This document shows, in pieces, positions 1-12,446 of a stretch of DNA of 45,324 bases. The notes beneath the pieces were generated by a model. That model worked only from the letters and a program-made list of their open reading frames with translations. It was not told where the DNA came from and searched no databases. The translations under genes and the position numbers were made by a program. The stretch is from Chlorokybus atmophyticus. Lineage: Eukaryota > Plantae > Mesostigma and Chlorokybus algae. The stretch covers positions 258,558 through 303,881 of the forward strand of contig RHPI01000026.1 in assembly GCA_009103225.1 (NCBI GenBank). Reading direction: 5' to 3'. Every line of letters starts with the position of its first letter. Within the stretch, counting starts at the first letter, position 1.

Positions 1-93
1 GGGGGGGGGCTTACACAGTTCACATGCATAGCGTACATGCAGAACTCCCTCATATGAATGGTCCAATTCGAATTTTGAGGCAGTCAGCAACTG

Positions 94-129
94 GCTCATA
101 GGCCGCACTGTCCAGTGCGGTCTATGAGC
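94..129. repeat. Inverted repeat / hairpin, 17-bp stem with one G-T pair, 2-nt loop
   Basis: GCTCATAGGCCGCACTG-TC-CAGTGCGGTCTATGAGC. Confidence 0.85.
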
Positions 130-1117
130 TGATTGCAACAATGTGCGTGCATGTGTGTACCGTGCACACATGACATGACGTGCATGCCTGCGTTCTGAAA
201 AGCACATGCACGCTTGCACATGCGTGTGCGTATGCAACCACGTATCCTCCCCCTCGGTCCTCCCCTTGCCCATCTGCTCACCTGCTGTTCAGCATTTGCA
301 TGGGCTCACTGCTGGCATCAGCATCTTGCTTCGGTCACGAGTACACTCAACTTTCCAATATCGCTGGTAAGGACCGTCCTTGCCACCGGTGACCGTCTTG
401 CTTACGGTGCCACACTCCTGCCAACAGTCCCTCACCTTGCCACATGCCTTAGCACGCGAAGGTGCCAACTTACACGAGTGCGTGGCATTATAATGCTACA
501 TAATCGTCACTTACTGAGCAATGCCAGTTTGTACTGCTGGAATTCTAGGTGCTTCGCGTCAATGTCTCACCATCTTCGCCCAGAGTTCAAGCAGAACAGG
601 TTGAGAAATGAGTGTACACACTCGCACATGCGTAAGCACACGTGGTCATTCAGCCACACACGCACGCACGCATGCGCATACACATGAGCATGCGCGCACT
701 CACACGCGCACGTGGAATTGCAGAGTGCAAAGGCCTAATGAAGTCTGTGCAAACAACATTATAATTGCTTGCAGAAGCCAAGGTTGGGTTGAGCCCAAGA
801 ATGCCGCAGCCGCATTGATTCCAACCCCTAAAGCAGGCATGCATGCACAAACAGGCGGGCAAGTAAACATGCAAGCAATAGCAAGCCAGCATGCAAGCTG
901 ACAAATTACGAGCTCGCAATCAATCCAGCTGGATTGATTGCGCGCTCATGATTAGCGAATCATGCGCAAGCAAAAGAAGCAAGCACAAGAAGCAAGTAAA
1001 GGCACGCAATCAGCCCAGTCGTGAGTTACAGCCAAAGTACATAGCAGCCTTCTATACTGCCGTGGCTGCTGCTCAGAACTGTGTTGTTGTGAAGAAACGC
1101 AGCAGCAGCAGCAGGCG

Positions 1118-1146
1118 CAAACACAAACACAAACACAAACACAGAA
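1118..1146. repeat. (CACAAA)n short tandem repeat
   Basis: aaacacaaacacaaacacaaacacagaac. Confidence 0.75.
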
Positions 1147-1864
1147 CAATATAATAGTGCATCAACGGCATCAGCACCGGCAGCAAGAGCCGCTGCCACC
1201 AGCAATAATTGCTGTACCAGCTGTTGTACAAATGCTAATAACTACAAACTGAACAGCAACATACAATGCATGAAGCGTGAATGTGATGCAGCTGTAACAC
1301 CACCGTAAGTAAGCATTTAGTGGGCATACCCTCAGCACTGCCGCCTCCGGTGCCGCCTCCAGCTCCAGTAGCTTGCCGCTAACATCAATGAACGCAAGCA
1401 GTGCCTCCGTGCGAACCTTGCGATTAGGGTTTCAGCACGGGATAAGGACAGTATCGTACTCATTGCTCTGCTGACGTGTGCAAGGCCGCGCCTTACTTGC
1501 CATTGTCTCTCACGACGCGTGGTAAGTGACAGGCCTGGTGCTCATAATGTCTGCGTACGAACCGCACTTGGTTCTCGGCACCTGTACACCTGTACCAATG
1601 CTGCCCTGGCTCATAGGCCGCAGGGCATGCGACCAGCCTTGGCTCTACTGCTCAGGCCGCGTGCTGACCAGTGCTGTACCGGTCTACAAGCCGCGGGACA
1701 CGCCACCAGCCCTGGTCCGGTCATTCGGACCATATCGGCGGGCTCCGGGGCCGGACCACCGGTGGTCCAATCATGCCTGACCAGTCGCGGCACTGGTACG
1801 CTACAACGTACCAGACGTGGTCTACGGGCTGCGTACGACTGGTCCGCGCGTAAAAAGCCCTGTG

Positions 1865-2040
1865 TACTGCATGCTCACGCATGTGTGAGCATGCAGTAGC
1901 GAAGTCACAAGCTTATGCGGCTACAGGTAGGGAGTGGCTTGACCCTATTTGTGGTTTGTTGTTGGCGACGACGCTAGAGGGCTATTGCATTAAGTAATAC
2001 ATTGAGTGGTTTACATCACGTTGAGGTGGTGGTTGTGACA
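1865..2040 (+). repeat. Gypsy-1 5' LTR, 3' portion only
   Basis: tactgcatgctcacgcatgtgtgagc...gtggtggttgtgaca matches ~9399-9552; ends in CA just before the PBS. Confidence 0.85.
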
Positions 2041-2041
2041 G

Positions 2042-2053
2042 TGGTATCGGTGC
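2042..2053 (+). promoter_or_regulatory. Primer-binding site (tRNA-iMet type)
   Basis: TGGTATCGGTGC one base after the LTR end; the canonical iMet PBS is TGGTATCAGAGC. Confidence 0.85.
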
Positions 2054-2130
2054 ATGCTTGTGTAGTGGGCCTTGTTTCTGTGTGCACTCTGAGTTATAGT
2101 GTATTTATTGTTTGTCCTTGTCAAGCAAAT

Positions 2131-3100
2131 ATGGAAAACAATGTTGGGATGAACCCTGAGCAAGCAGACGACTTTGCCAAGTTGCGCGCTGATATGGAGG
2201 TGATGAAGCATTGGCATGCAGAGGAGCTGGCCAAGATGGCAACTAGCATGCCAACAAATCCATGTTGCCCCGCTTTGAGTTCTTCAAAGGCACCTATGAT
2301 GTGAAGGGCAAGGACATTGGAACGATGTTGCATGACTGGTTGTCAAATGGTAAACGTGCATTAAAAGTCAATGGCATGTTGCCAACTGATAAGGGCAGAG
2401 TGGTAGCCCTGATGGCATCGTTTGTGTGAGGGAATGCTGCCCGCATGTGGGAGGGGGCTGAACCTCGTCTCAATGCAAAGGGTATGGATACGGAGACACT
2501 CAATGTCTTCGCGGATGCCTGCTTCAAGCATTTTGGGGTATCAATCCCTCCCTCAAGGCACGTTGGCAACATTGCGCATGCGTTCCAACCAGTCGGTTGA
2601 AGAATTTTAATTGTACTTGTGTGCATTGGTTGCCGAGATTGGCCACGACATGCCCAGTCTGAGGCTGAGAAGAAAGTGAAGGTTCAAGCGTTCGCTGCCT
2701 GCAAATGAGTAGGAGCAGTTGATCTTTAAGCCAGGTGTACATGGGCTTGAAGCATACACATACCAGGACTTTGACCTGATGGTTAAGACAGCTATTGAGT
2801 ATGACAATCAGCACCGCATGATTGCTCAGACGAACAAGCTGGCGCGAGTGAACGCCCAACCAATTCTGCTAAAGCTAATAAGAGCTCGCTTTAGCATGTG
2901 GCCAAAGGCAAGTACAAGGCCCTTGTACTTTGCGGCCAAGGCAAGATGCCTTATGAGGTCAATGGCAATGGCAAGAGGCCTCGCACTGCCGCTGATGTTG
3001 TGAACATCCCCATCAATGTCAAGAACTAAACGTTCAAGGCAGGGGAGTGCCTCACGTATGGACAGAAGGAACATAGAATGGCGGCGTGCCGCAACCCAGC
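2131..3100 (+). pseudogene. gag: Gypsy-1 gag, frameshifted
   Basis: Starts MENNVGMNPEQADDFAKLRADMEVMK; later gag-like segment FKPGVHGLEAYTYQDFDLMVKTAIEYD; lies between PBS and protease. Confidence 0.6.
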
Positions 3101-4896
3101 AAAGACCAACGACACCGCATAGGGGTGCGGGGTGGAGAGGTGTGCAGATTTAGCGGCGACACCCACAACTAGTGCTGCTACTTCCGGTATTGTGCTTGCT
3201 TCTGTACATAAGTTTTAGAGCAAGACACTTGCCATGTTTGGTAAGTGGAAGTATGTTGTCTGTCTGCAATGTTGCAGTGCCTGACAATGATTTGAGTGTG
3301 CCTGTTGACAATGATTTCTTGTCGCATGATTGTGCTAGACCACGAGTGTTGAATGTGCCTGTTGATTAATTAGTCAGTTGTCTCAAGCACTATGTCAGGT
3401 GCAAATGTGAAAGTGCAAACAACACCAGCGCGTGTGTAATTGTGCCCAAAGTAAGAGGTCCTTGGGCGCATTACATAATTGGCATGCAAGTGATACACGA
3501 AGTCAATAGAGGTTCAAAGGTGACACAGTCTATGCGAGTCATGTATAATCCCCCTATTATTTACTGTGTAAGTGAGTTGAACTTAACATGGTTGTGCAAA
3601 GCAACTATGGCAAAAGTGCATGTCATCATGATGTTTTAACACTGGCATGCCAGAGAAGTTTGTGAGTGAATCTTTAGTACAACGTCTTGGCATACATGTC
3701 AATGCATGCAGTGAAGAAGGTGCTTCATTGTACGAACATGCAATACCTGTGCGCGGGACAATGAGACTGTCGCTGCATTTGCAAGGCTATCATGCTCAAC
3801 TCTGGTTCTTGGTGATTCCAATGAAAGTGCCAGGGGTGAATATTATAGGTGGAAGCCAATGCGAGAGAGCAGTTGGCTTACGCATTGACGCTTACACGAA
3901 GATGTGTAGCGTGAGGAAGGGAAAAGGCAGAGTGGTGTTGAAGGTAGATGGGTGGGAGAACTCACCTGTTATTGTTTCTCACCAACCATCTGATGTCTCT
4001 ACGCTCTTGTTGAGTGCAATGCAGGTGAAAAGAGAAGTCAAGCAAAGAGCTACTCCACTGTTGGTGCTTGTGCGAGAGGGTCACACCGCCACAGAGGGAG
4101 ACAATTCTACACCTGGTATGTCAACTGTTGGCACAGCTGATACTGCATTGCATGCAGTTTTAAATGAGTATGCTGGTGTATCAAGGATGAGTTGCCTAAT
4201 TTGCCACTTAAAAGGAAAGTATGGCATACTATCCCTCTGATGCAAAATGCACAACCTCCATCCAGACCGGTCTACAGGCTGAGCCCTGCAGAACATGCAG
4301 ACATCCAAGAGCAAATCAAGCGTAGTTGCTCAAAAAGGGGTTAATTGAGCCGAGCAGCTCTCCTCTGGTGCACCCAATCTTTTCGTACCAATAAAGAATG
4401 GCAAGCTCCGCATGTGTGTAGACTATCGTGCCTTGAACAAGATTACCATCAAAAACAGGCACCCGTTGCGAAGAATACACGATCTGCTAGATCAAATGCA
4501 AGGTGCAATTGTATTTTATTTTTTGGATCTTGTGTTGAGGTACCATCAAATTTCGGATAACAACGGAGGATGTGCTAAAAACAGCGCTTTGAACACCTGT
4601 TGGCCACTTTCTGTACAAAGTGTCATCATTTGGATTATCATATGCACCAGCAACCTTTCGAGCAATGATGAACCACCGTTGTCGCGAAGCTAACTAGTAA
4701 GACAATGCTTGTGTACTTGGATGACATCATTGTATTTAGTAAGGACGAGGCTGTTCATGTGCGTGAGGTGTTGCAAACATTGCGAGAGCACAAGTGCTAT
4801 GCTGTCATGGAAAAATGTGAGTTCGGGAGGTCTGAGTTGGCATTTTTGAGTCACGTAATCAGCAAGGATGGCATCCGTATTTATCCCCAAAAGGTA

Positions 4897-5233
4897 CCGT
4901 AATTACCCGTCTAATGCCTCCTTATTACAATTACCCCCCTGAATTTTAAAGGGGCACACTATTATGCTATATTATGCCCCCTTCTCGTATACAGTGCCCC
5001 CCCTGTTTTGGGGTTACGCAATAAATGCAGTAGCTTACACTTGAGTTACGGTCGTGTTACACATAAATTCGGGTTGGATTACGTAACATGGTCGGATATG
5101 GTTAGTCAGTGCGATCGTAATCTATCAAAATTCCCCCATCCAAATAAAGTGCCCACCAAATACAATTACCCCCCCCATACATGATGAGGGGGCACTATGT
5201 TGGAAGGGGGGGCACGGGGACGAGCAAATACGG
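4897..5233. mobile_element. Non-autonomous Tc1/mariner-type MITE (337 bp) in Gypsy-1 RT
   Basis: TA TSD at 4895-4896 and 5234-5235; imperfect TIRs CCGTAATTACCCGTC / CCGTATTTGCTCGTC; removing it restores the RT frame IYPQKV-CAVKSW. Confidence 0.88.
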
Positions 5234-6990
5234 TATGTGCAGTCAAGAGTTGGCTAATGCCTGTGAAGGTGCATAAGTTACGTTCGTTCCTTGGGTTGTG
5301 CAACTATTTTTGCAAGCTTATATTGGAGTACTTTAGCAGAGTGGCCCTTCTCACGTATCTAACCAAGGAAAAAATCAAGTGGGTATGGACACAAATGTAG
5401 CAAGTAGCTTTCAAGTCAGTCAAAGAGGCTTTAATGCAAGCGCCTGTGTTAAGGCTACCTGACTTAGCCAGCCCTTTAATTGTGTAATGCATCGGTGACT
5501 GGCATTGGAGCTGTGTTGTTGCAGGCTGGTCACCCTCTTGCATATCTCAGCAAGAAGTTCTCTCCAGCAGAGAAGAATTATACTGCCACAGAGCAAGAGC
5601 TCTTGGATTGGTGCATGCGCTCACGGAGTGGCGCTGCTACTTAGAGGGGGTGGAAGGCGGCTTTACGGTAATAACCGACCACCAGTCGCTTTCTGTCAGA
5701 CCCAAGCAACTTTGTCACGAAGACATGCTTGTGCGCAGTGTTTCTGGCTCGCTTTAACTTCATTTGGGTTTACGGACTCGGAAGAGTGAACATGGCAGAT
5801 ACTCTTAGCCGCTCGCCATTGTAGTTGGCAGCGATGAAGCGGGCACGCACGATGTCTGCAAGTGTGTACCCTCAACAAGGGAGCACAGCTATAACAATGG
5901 GAGCAACGACTAAGTCTCAGGTACGGAGACGATTCTGGTCTCGGTTGTCCGACACATTTGTACATAACTTGTCGCAGATTGATGCCCAACCCAGTGGGGA
6001 GGTGTTGATCAGCCAAGAAAGCATGAAATCTGAAGGGCCAATCTCCGATGGGGAGGACCTTATCAACCAATCAATCGGCACAACTGTGGAAATTGCTGTA
6101 CCTGATTTGCTAGAGCAACTGCCTCAAGCATACTCAACAAATCCCTGGTTCCTTAGCTTGCGGAGACAAGCTAAAGCAGACTTAGTGTGCCGCAATGGTT
6201 TGTGGTACTACAAAGGGAAGCTTGCTGTGCCCGACAAGCAAAACCTACGACAGGGCTGCATGTATGAAGCACGCAATGCTGTATACAGCGGGCACACGGG
6301 CATGAAGAAGACCGTCAAGCAATCGGAGCGCTTGTATTGGTGGCCCTGCTTGGCAGCTGATGCAACAAGATATGTTCAAACCTGGGACATGTGCCAGCGC
6401 AACAAGGCCTCGCGCAGTCCCGTAGGTTTGTCAAAGCCACTTGAGATACCGAAGAACCAGCAAAGTATGGGTTTGATCACTGACTTGCCGGTGACGAAGA
6501 AAAGACACATCGCTGTTATTGTCTTAATCGATCACTTGACAAAGATGGTGAGGTCGGAGCCTTGTGTTGGAAGACGTGTTGCGCAACTACACTTCCCCAA
6601 GGTTGGCCACCTGGGATGAATACTTGCCTTCAGCAGTTTTTTTGCTATCGATAATGCTTGGCATGAGTCCACGCAAAACACGCCGTTCTTCATAAACTAT
6701 GGGCGGCATCCATCGACCCCCATGGCTTTGAAAGTCCAAGCATTTGCTAAGGTACCTGCTGCTAAGGTTTTCACTGCTGACATGCATTCGTGTTTGGAGC
6801 ATGCCAAGCTATATATGAGAGCTGCACAGAACAGGGCTAATATGTATGCTGATAAGCATCGCATGCTTGGTGAGGGTCTCAAGGTTGGGGATTATGTGCT
6901 ATTGAGCTAAAAATGGTGAAACTCAAGACAACAGCCCCCCGCAAGTTGTTGCCCACGTGGTTGGGGCCATTTGAGATAATTTCAGCGGTT

Positions 6991-7859
6991 GTGTAGCTAT
7001 ACCCGGTGGGCCACTACTTATTTGCTTGTCGGGGCTTGATAAACTTATGCACAAGCATAAAGGACTTACAACTGAAGTCCCACCAGCACCACGGTGCAGT
7101 GGGAGTTGCAGCGCACCAATGGAGGACAGGATGACGACGAGCCTTTCACAAAACTCCAGCCCCAAGCACACCCACGTCCAACACACCCACATGCACACAC
7201 ACCCCACCACACCCCACGAGGGATGACGGGGAGAGCCCCTTCAACAACTTCAACCTGGCACTCCACACACAAGTGGCCCTTAAGTGGTGAACACACTCTG
7301 ATCCCTACTGAAGGTGGTTATCAAGCTTTTATACTACTTGCCGCTCACCGGACCTGGCCGCAGGATGTCCAAGTCCCAAGGCCTTGTCACTGTGTGCTGA
7401 CCAACCAGCACAAGCTGACTGTGTCCAACACAGGACCCGTCCCATTATGAGACATCAACCTCGGGAATTTTAAACCTCAAGTTTGTCAAACACAAGACAA
7501 GTCAACCTCGGATTTGTGAACTGCCACAATCTGTCGTGTGTGTGTTCAAAACACATAATATGGGCAAACCGCACGACTGACTTGCGATTTGCAGCACGTA
7601 TGCTGTCCCAGTGTTACAGCACTAGCAGTCGACAAGTCATGCAGAGCTTATGGCACTGATCAGTCTTGTGCTTGCTGACATACAGTGCCTTGTGTAGTTC
7701 ATCACACCCAAGGCCATATAGGCTCATGAGAAGACCTACATGAGAGCACACCTCACAAGCACAACACATGCTTATGAGATGAAAATTTTCCACTTAATCT
7801 CTTCTTACTAACATAAGTAAGGAACAGAGAATGACTTTGCCGGCCTTATAGGCATGACA
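6991..7859 (-). mobile_element. Solo-LTR-like insertion in reverse orientation inside the Gypsy-1 integrase
   Basis: Interrupts GPFEIISAV|GDRAFRLKL. On - it starts TGTCA, has a TATA-like GTATAAAAG and a segment resembling 8896-8940 of the Gypsy-1 LTR. The TSD is imperfect. Confidence 0.6.
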
Positions 7860-7989
7860 AGTTGGCGACAGAGCTTTTCGCCTGAAACTGCAAGCAAGCA
7901 TGAGGATACATGATGTGTTCCATATGTCACTGCTGAGACCATACAAAAGTGATGGTGTAGTGCAGCCTCCTCCTTAAATCGAGGTTGAA

Positions 7990-8166
7990 GGTGAAGAACA
8001 ACATGGGGTTGAGGCCATACTCGGCAAGCGGTTCGGAAAGTACAATATTACCTTGCGAACCAAGTACTGAATCAAGTGGCATGGTTATGGTAAAGAGCAT
8101 AAACTCTGGGAGCCCGAAGCTAACATGTCCAACTGTGCGGGCATGGTAGCAGATTTTATTAGTGAA
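7990..8166 (+). pseudogene. Chromodomain at the end of the Gypsy-1 integrase
   Basis: HGVEAILGKR...KY*IKWHGYGKEHKLWEPEANMSNC...VADF matches the chromodomain pattern Y.VE.I....Y.IKW.GY....WEP..N. Confidence 0.85.
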
Positions 8167-8431
8167 TACAAATTCACAGGGGTACTTAATGGAGCAACGC
8201 GTAATGCTCTGCTCAATACTGTTAAACACGTGCACATGTTAGCAGATGAACTTTTTTGTCACTACCATTAGGTTGAGCTCGTTGTAGTTTGGTTAATTAC
8301 ACCCGTGACTTGCAAGTTCTCATGCGCGGAGCACTGAGGCTCAGCAGAATTGACAATCCTGGTCTGGCAGGTGCTGTGCGGGTCAGGACCCAATTTATCG
8401 CAACGGGACGTTGTGAAACAAGTGGGGAGAC

Positions 8432-9552
8432 TGGTCACGCCTAACAGGCAAGGTATGATTACTCTTATGCTGCTATGTTGACAGCATGATTGTATGGGAG
8501 TTCAACTGCTTGGATGGGTGCAGTATCAAAGTGGTTCGCTAATACAGTCAGTTCTTAAGCTCATGAGCCTTGGGCATGATGTACTGTACAAGGCATTGAT
8601 AAGCAGCTTGCGGAGCTGATAAGTGTGCACATGTATGCACGAGCATGCATATCACCTGGCACGGTGGGTGACAAGGCGTTGATGACTCTGCAAGGTGCTT
8701 GTGTGTGCACAGGCGCCAAGAAAATCTTATGTGTCAGCACAGTGTGGGCCACAGGCGTGGATGCCTTGTGAGTTTGCTTGTGGGAAGGCCACATAGAGGA
8801 GTATAACAGGGGAGGCTAGCATGGTGTTGGTAAGAGAGTTTTGGACTCAAGTTCGGTGCTCACTTGCTGTATGTTTGGGGTGCTTGGTTGTCCCCCAAGT
8901 TGAATTGTTCAAGGGGCCTTCCTTACCCTCATGTGTGGGGCGTTTTTGAGTGGTCTACCTAGGGTTTTGAGTGTTTACCTTGTAATTAACGCCTGCACTG
9001 AAGAACAGGCGCTCACAAAGGGTTGAGAGGTGGTTTTATATGGTAGTTGGCGCCTGCACTGAGGAGACTTTCATGCCTCGGAAGCGCCTACGTAGAATTT
9101 AAGGTGGTGTAGCTTGTGATTGACGTACTGTATTGAGGAGGAGGCGCCTCCCGCGTCCTGCTACTGCTAGTGGCTTTATTGGTGGTCTTCCTTGGCTACC
9201 TGTTGTTGTGGACAACCCCTGCCCAGCTCGTTCTGCCCTTGCGTATTGCTAAGTGTGCATGCATGTGTATATGCATGTTATAGCCTTACACTGTTGGTGT
9301 ATATGTGTGCCTCTTAAATGTTGAGGGTGTTCATAGCCTGTGTGCATGCACAATAACCTGACACCTGTGTGCATGTGTGGCTGCATCCTTCCAGGGGCAT
9401 ACTGCATGCTCACGCATGTGTGAGCCATTCTTAGCGAAGTTACAAGTTTATGCGGCTACAGGCAGGGAGTGGCTTGACCCTATGTGTGGTTTATTGTTGG
9501 CGATGACGCTAGAGGGCTATTGTATTATTACATTTAAGTGGTGGTTGTAACA
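8432..9552 (+). repeat. Gypsy-1 3' LTR (~1.12 kb), preceded by PPT AAGTGGGGAGA (8420-8430)
   Basis: Follows pol and a purine tract; starts TG(G)TCAC, ends TGTAACA; its last ~150 bp match the 5' LTR remnant. Start position approximate. Confidence 0.75.
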
Positions 9553-9844
9553 AACACCTTGCTACTTCTTGCAGCAAGCACATAAGTTATAACGGCAGTC
9601 CTTACCATTATGACAAAAGTCTGACATTAACCGCCAGTATTAGCTCACAGCTGCTCTAAGACTCCTCAACATGGCAGTCTTTGTCACAACACTGTACTAT
9701 GTGGCTCACTTATGGGTAGACATTATAATCAGCTCTATGCTAGCGCATACCATTACGTTGTGTAGTAATGTGTCTACATACTCTGTGAAAACATAATCAC
9801 GATCGCACGAATACGGTAGTCAAGCATTATACATCTCAAAACCA

Positions 9845-9919
9845 AATTCTCCACTTGGTCCGTCTTACATACATAAGTAAGGAACAGAGAATGACTTTCA
9901 TTAGCCCTATAATGTGACA
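9845..9919 (-). repeat. LTR-start fragment related to the insert at 6991-7859
   Basis: 28-nt identity ACATAAGTAAGGAACAGAGAATGACTTT at 7811-7838 and 9871-9898; both copies end in TGACA. Confidence 0.65.
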
Positions 9920-11269
9920 ATGTACACTTGTCAATAAACACAAGCGTTGAAGGCATTTTGTAAATGACGTAATTACGATTTCGGTTTCGATGTGCGTCGT
10001 CATACCTTGATGATATTGATTACGATGCATCAGTCTTATAATGGAACCAACGGCTCCAACCATACTTATGATAACTTGCATGCATGTGACACATGTTGAT
10101 AGCATTACAAATTGTCAAGCAATAACATGATAAGTGATCAACAATTCTTTGATCAAGTATTGACTGATTGATAAATCCAATGGAGAAATTATCTTTGAGA
10201 TTTAAACCTTTAATATAAGCTTCTAACACAATGATGACGGGGGAAAGAAAATATTGTTTGTATTAATTTACATGTGCAAGGCATGACCTGAACAACGCAA
10301 AACTTGTGCATCATGCATGTGACCCACATGCTACAAGACACCGAGCCTCAGTGTGAAGGATGTGCGGGTGCTAAGTGTAAAGGCGTCCTATGGCCATGTC
10401 GTTACTGTCATGCATGCAGCTCAAGTCAATTGTTTGGTTGGTGGGCGCTGTTAGCCGCAATAACGTAGGTGACAACAACAACCATAATCTTGTCGTATCT
10501 TGTGAGCAGCATAGCTTTTGCAAGCTGCCGAGCACCTTGCTGTGCTCTCTGTCCGGCTTCCACCTCCACGCTGTTAGAGACGCTGCTGGTGCATGCAGCT
10601 TTTCAACAGTTGTTGAGTAGTGCGACCTACTATCTGTAGCCTGTAAGCTGCTTGCGTTAATGCAGTGCAGCACATAGCTTGCGTTTGTTGTGATGTGTGG
10701 TTGAACTTGGTGGCGGCGGTGGTGGCCGTTGTGTAGGGCGCTGTAGGCAAAGGGCGGCCGCTCAAGCTGCCCAACCAGCTGCCCGGCGTGGCGTGACGGT
10801 GTTCCCCGCCATGCCCTTGTGAACCGCCAATACAACATGGCGGACACTGCTGCAATCTCAAATGGTCGTATAATGCGCAACGCCGCTGGAGCCTACTTAG
10901 GCTACTACACCCAACTCAACCGGGGAGAAGGTCATGGAGGTGTTGTAGGAAGAGAAGGAGGAGGGAGTAGAGGGCAGAGGAGCATGCAACCTCCGCTTGC
11001 AGGTAGTCGTTCACGCACTATTCGTGCATTGCGGTTCGCGTCCCCTAGTCATGACGCTGCAATGCACACACCGCTCCCTTCACCATCATTGTCATTATCC
11101 TCTACTGCCTTCGTCACACCATCCTCTTCACCTCGCACGAGTCACACATCCCCATTCCCGCCCCCATCCCCATTGGCATCGTCCTTGTTGCTCCCATCTG
11201 CATCGGCATTCACATCCGCAACATCACTGCCTGCACCGACACCGGCCACAACATCAGCTCCGCCACTGA

Positions 11270-11520
11270 CTGCAGCTGCAATGGCAACAACATCATCACC
11301 ACCACTGCCTGCACATACGCAAGTAGCGGCAGCGACAACAGAGACGGTGACGACCACCACCACCAACAACAACACCATCGTTGCTGGCGCGTGCACCGAC
11401 ACCGACAACAACGGCAGCTTCCATATTTAGTGCAGCTGCAATGGCAACAACATCATTTCCACCACTGCTTGCACGTGCATTAGTAGCGGTAGCGGCAACG
11501 GAGACGGCAATGACACCAAT
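11270..11520 (+). repeat. Low-complexity Thr/Ala/Pro-coding region with an internal ~160-nt-period duplication
   Basis: tgcagctgcaatggcaacaacatca...ccaccactgc...gagacgg occurs at ~11270 and ~11431. Confidence 0.75.
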
Positions 11521-11559
11521 AACAACAATTGCGCTGAAGCTAGCTTTTGCACCTGCGAA

Positions 11560-12446
11560 CATTTATGCTGGCCAATTGATGCGTCTGGCATTGGCTACGG
11601 ATGCATGGGACGACAGTGTGGGTGATATAAACGCTTTCAGACACTTCTGTGATTGGACCGCTGCTGGCTTGCAGACTTACAATGGCAATGCTTGGTGGAA
11701 GCCCCTTATACTGCTTGAGCTGCATGTGGACGCTTCGGGTACAATTGATTGGGGGGCGACAGGACCTTGGCCTCGCATGGCAGGCAACTTTAAGCCTGAG
11801 CATATGTCATTGCTTTCGGCCGTTAAAGAGGCACTCGCTTATGTGCAAGCATTTTCTGAAGTGGTGCGCACACATGATCTTCAGCACTGTACAGTGCGCA
11901 TTATTGGCCATTGTCAACCAGCGGTTCATATGCTGAACAAGCTGTCTGCTTCTGAGCCTCATATGCTGTAAGCTTTACATCAGTTGTGGTCTTTGTGCTG
12001 GGAGCGTGATATTGTGCTGGCATGTGTGTGGCGCTCGCATGATGAGCTGCGCGATGCGGATGCATTATCCAAATTGATTGACAGAGGACATCGGGCCCTA
12101 ACCGCAGACGCAACCGCGCATGTATAGCAGCATGTTGAACACCCAACATTGGACAGTTTTGCAGCTGATTGGAACAGCAAAGCGCCTGCTTATTTCAGTT
12201 ACATACACATGCTTGGAAGTTTGGAAAATGCTTTAACTACAACCTGGCGCGATGTTCTTCAACGCTTGAAGGGCGGCTTTATTTGGTGTCACCCATTGGC
12301 TCTCCTGGCAGGAGACTCCTGCATGAAGCCATAGTCTTATTGCAGTATTATCAGCTGCTAGCAGTGGTGTTGGTGCCTGAATGGCACTCTGTTGTGTGAT
12401 GGCCAGTGTGTCGCAACTGGCAATTCACTTACTATGAGAGATTAGG
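11560..12446 (+). pseudogene. DIRS-type RNase H followed by an N6-adenine methyltransferase-like (MT) domain
   Basis: RH motifs LHVDASG, KEALA, DADALSK; MT-like DSFAADWNSKAPAYFS...FIWCHP...VVLVPEW; stops and frameshifts. Confidence 0.8.

Larger units (their letters stand above)
1..1864. mobile_element. Probable right-hand part of a CAC-ended (CACTA/CMC-like) DNA transposon inserted in the 5' LTR of Gypsy-1
   Basis: Ends ...TAAAAAGCCCTGTG at 1864 (reverse complement CACAGGGCTTTTTA), exactly where homology to the Gypsy-1 3' LTR begins (TAC|TGCATGCTCACG). Dense GACCA/TGGTC subterminal-type repeats at ~1590-1850. The left end and the other TSD copy are not in the window. Confidence 0.4.
3620..8170 (+). 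pseudogene. pol: Gypsy-1 pol (protease, RT, RNase H, integrase, chromodomain), degraded and interrupted
   Basis: Protease site mutated to NTG (NTGMPEKFVS); RT CVDYRALNKITIKNRHPL and YLDD (~4715); LRSFLGLCNYF; RNase H region ~5480-5760; integrase zinc finger HTG...YWWP...D(M)CQRNK, SMGLITDLP, IHDVFHMSLLRPY; integrase core partly deleted near 6570. Confidence 0.92.
1865..9552 (+). mobile_element. Gypsy-1: decayed Ty3/Gypsy LTR retrotransposon (chromovirus)
   Basis: LTR homology 1865-2040 vs ~9399-9552, PBS at 2042, domain order gag-PR-RT-RH-INT-chromodomain, PPT at ~8420; many stops and frameshifts. Confidence 0.92.

Noticed and set aside
96-1899. Many short His/Cys/Ala-rich ORFs
   Set aside because: They arise from CA/GT- and GCATGC-rich non-coding sequence, and no domain motifs were recognised.
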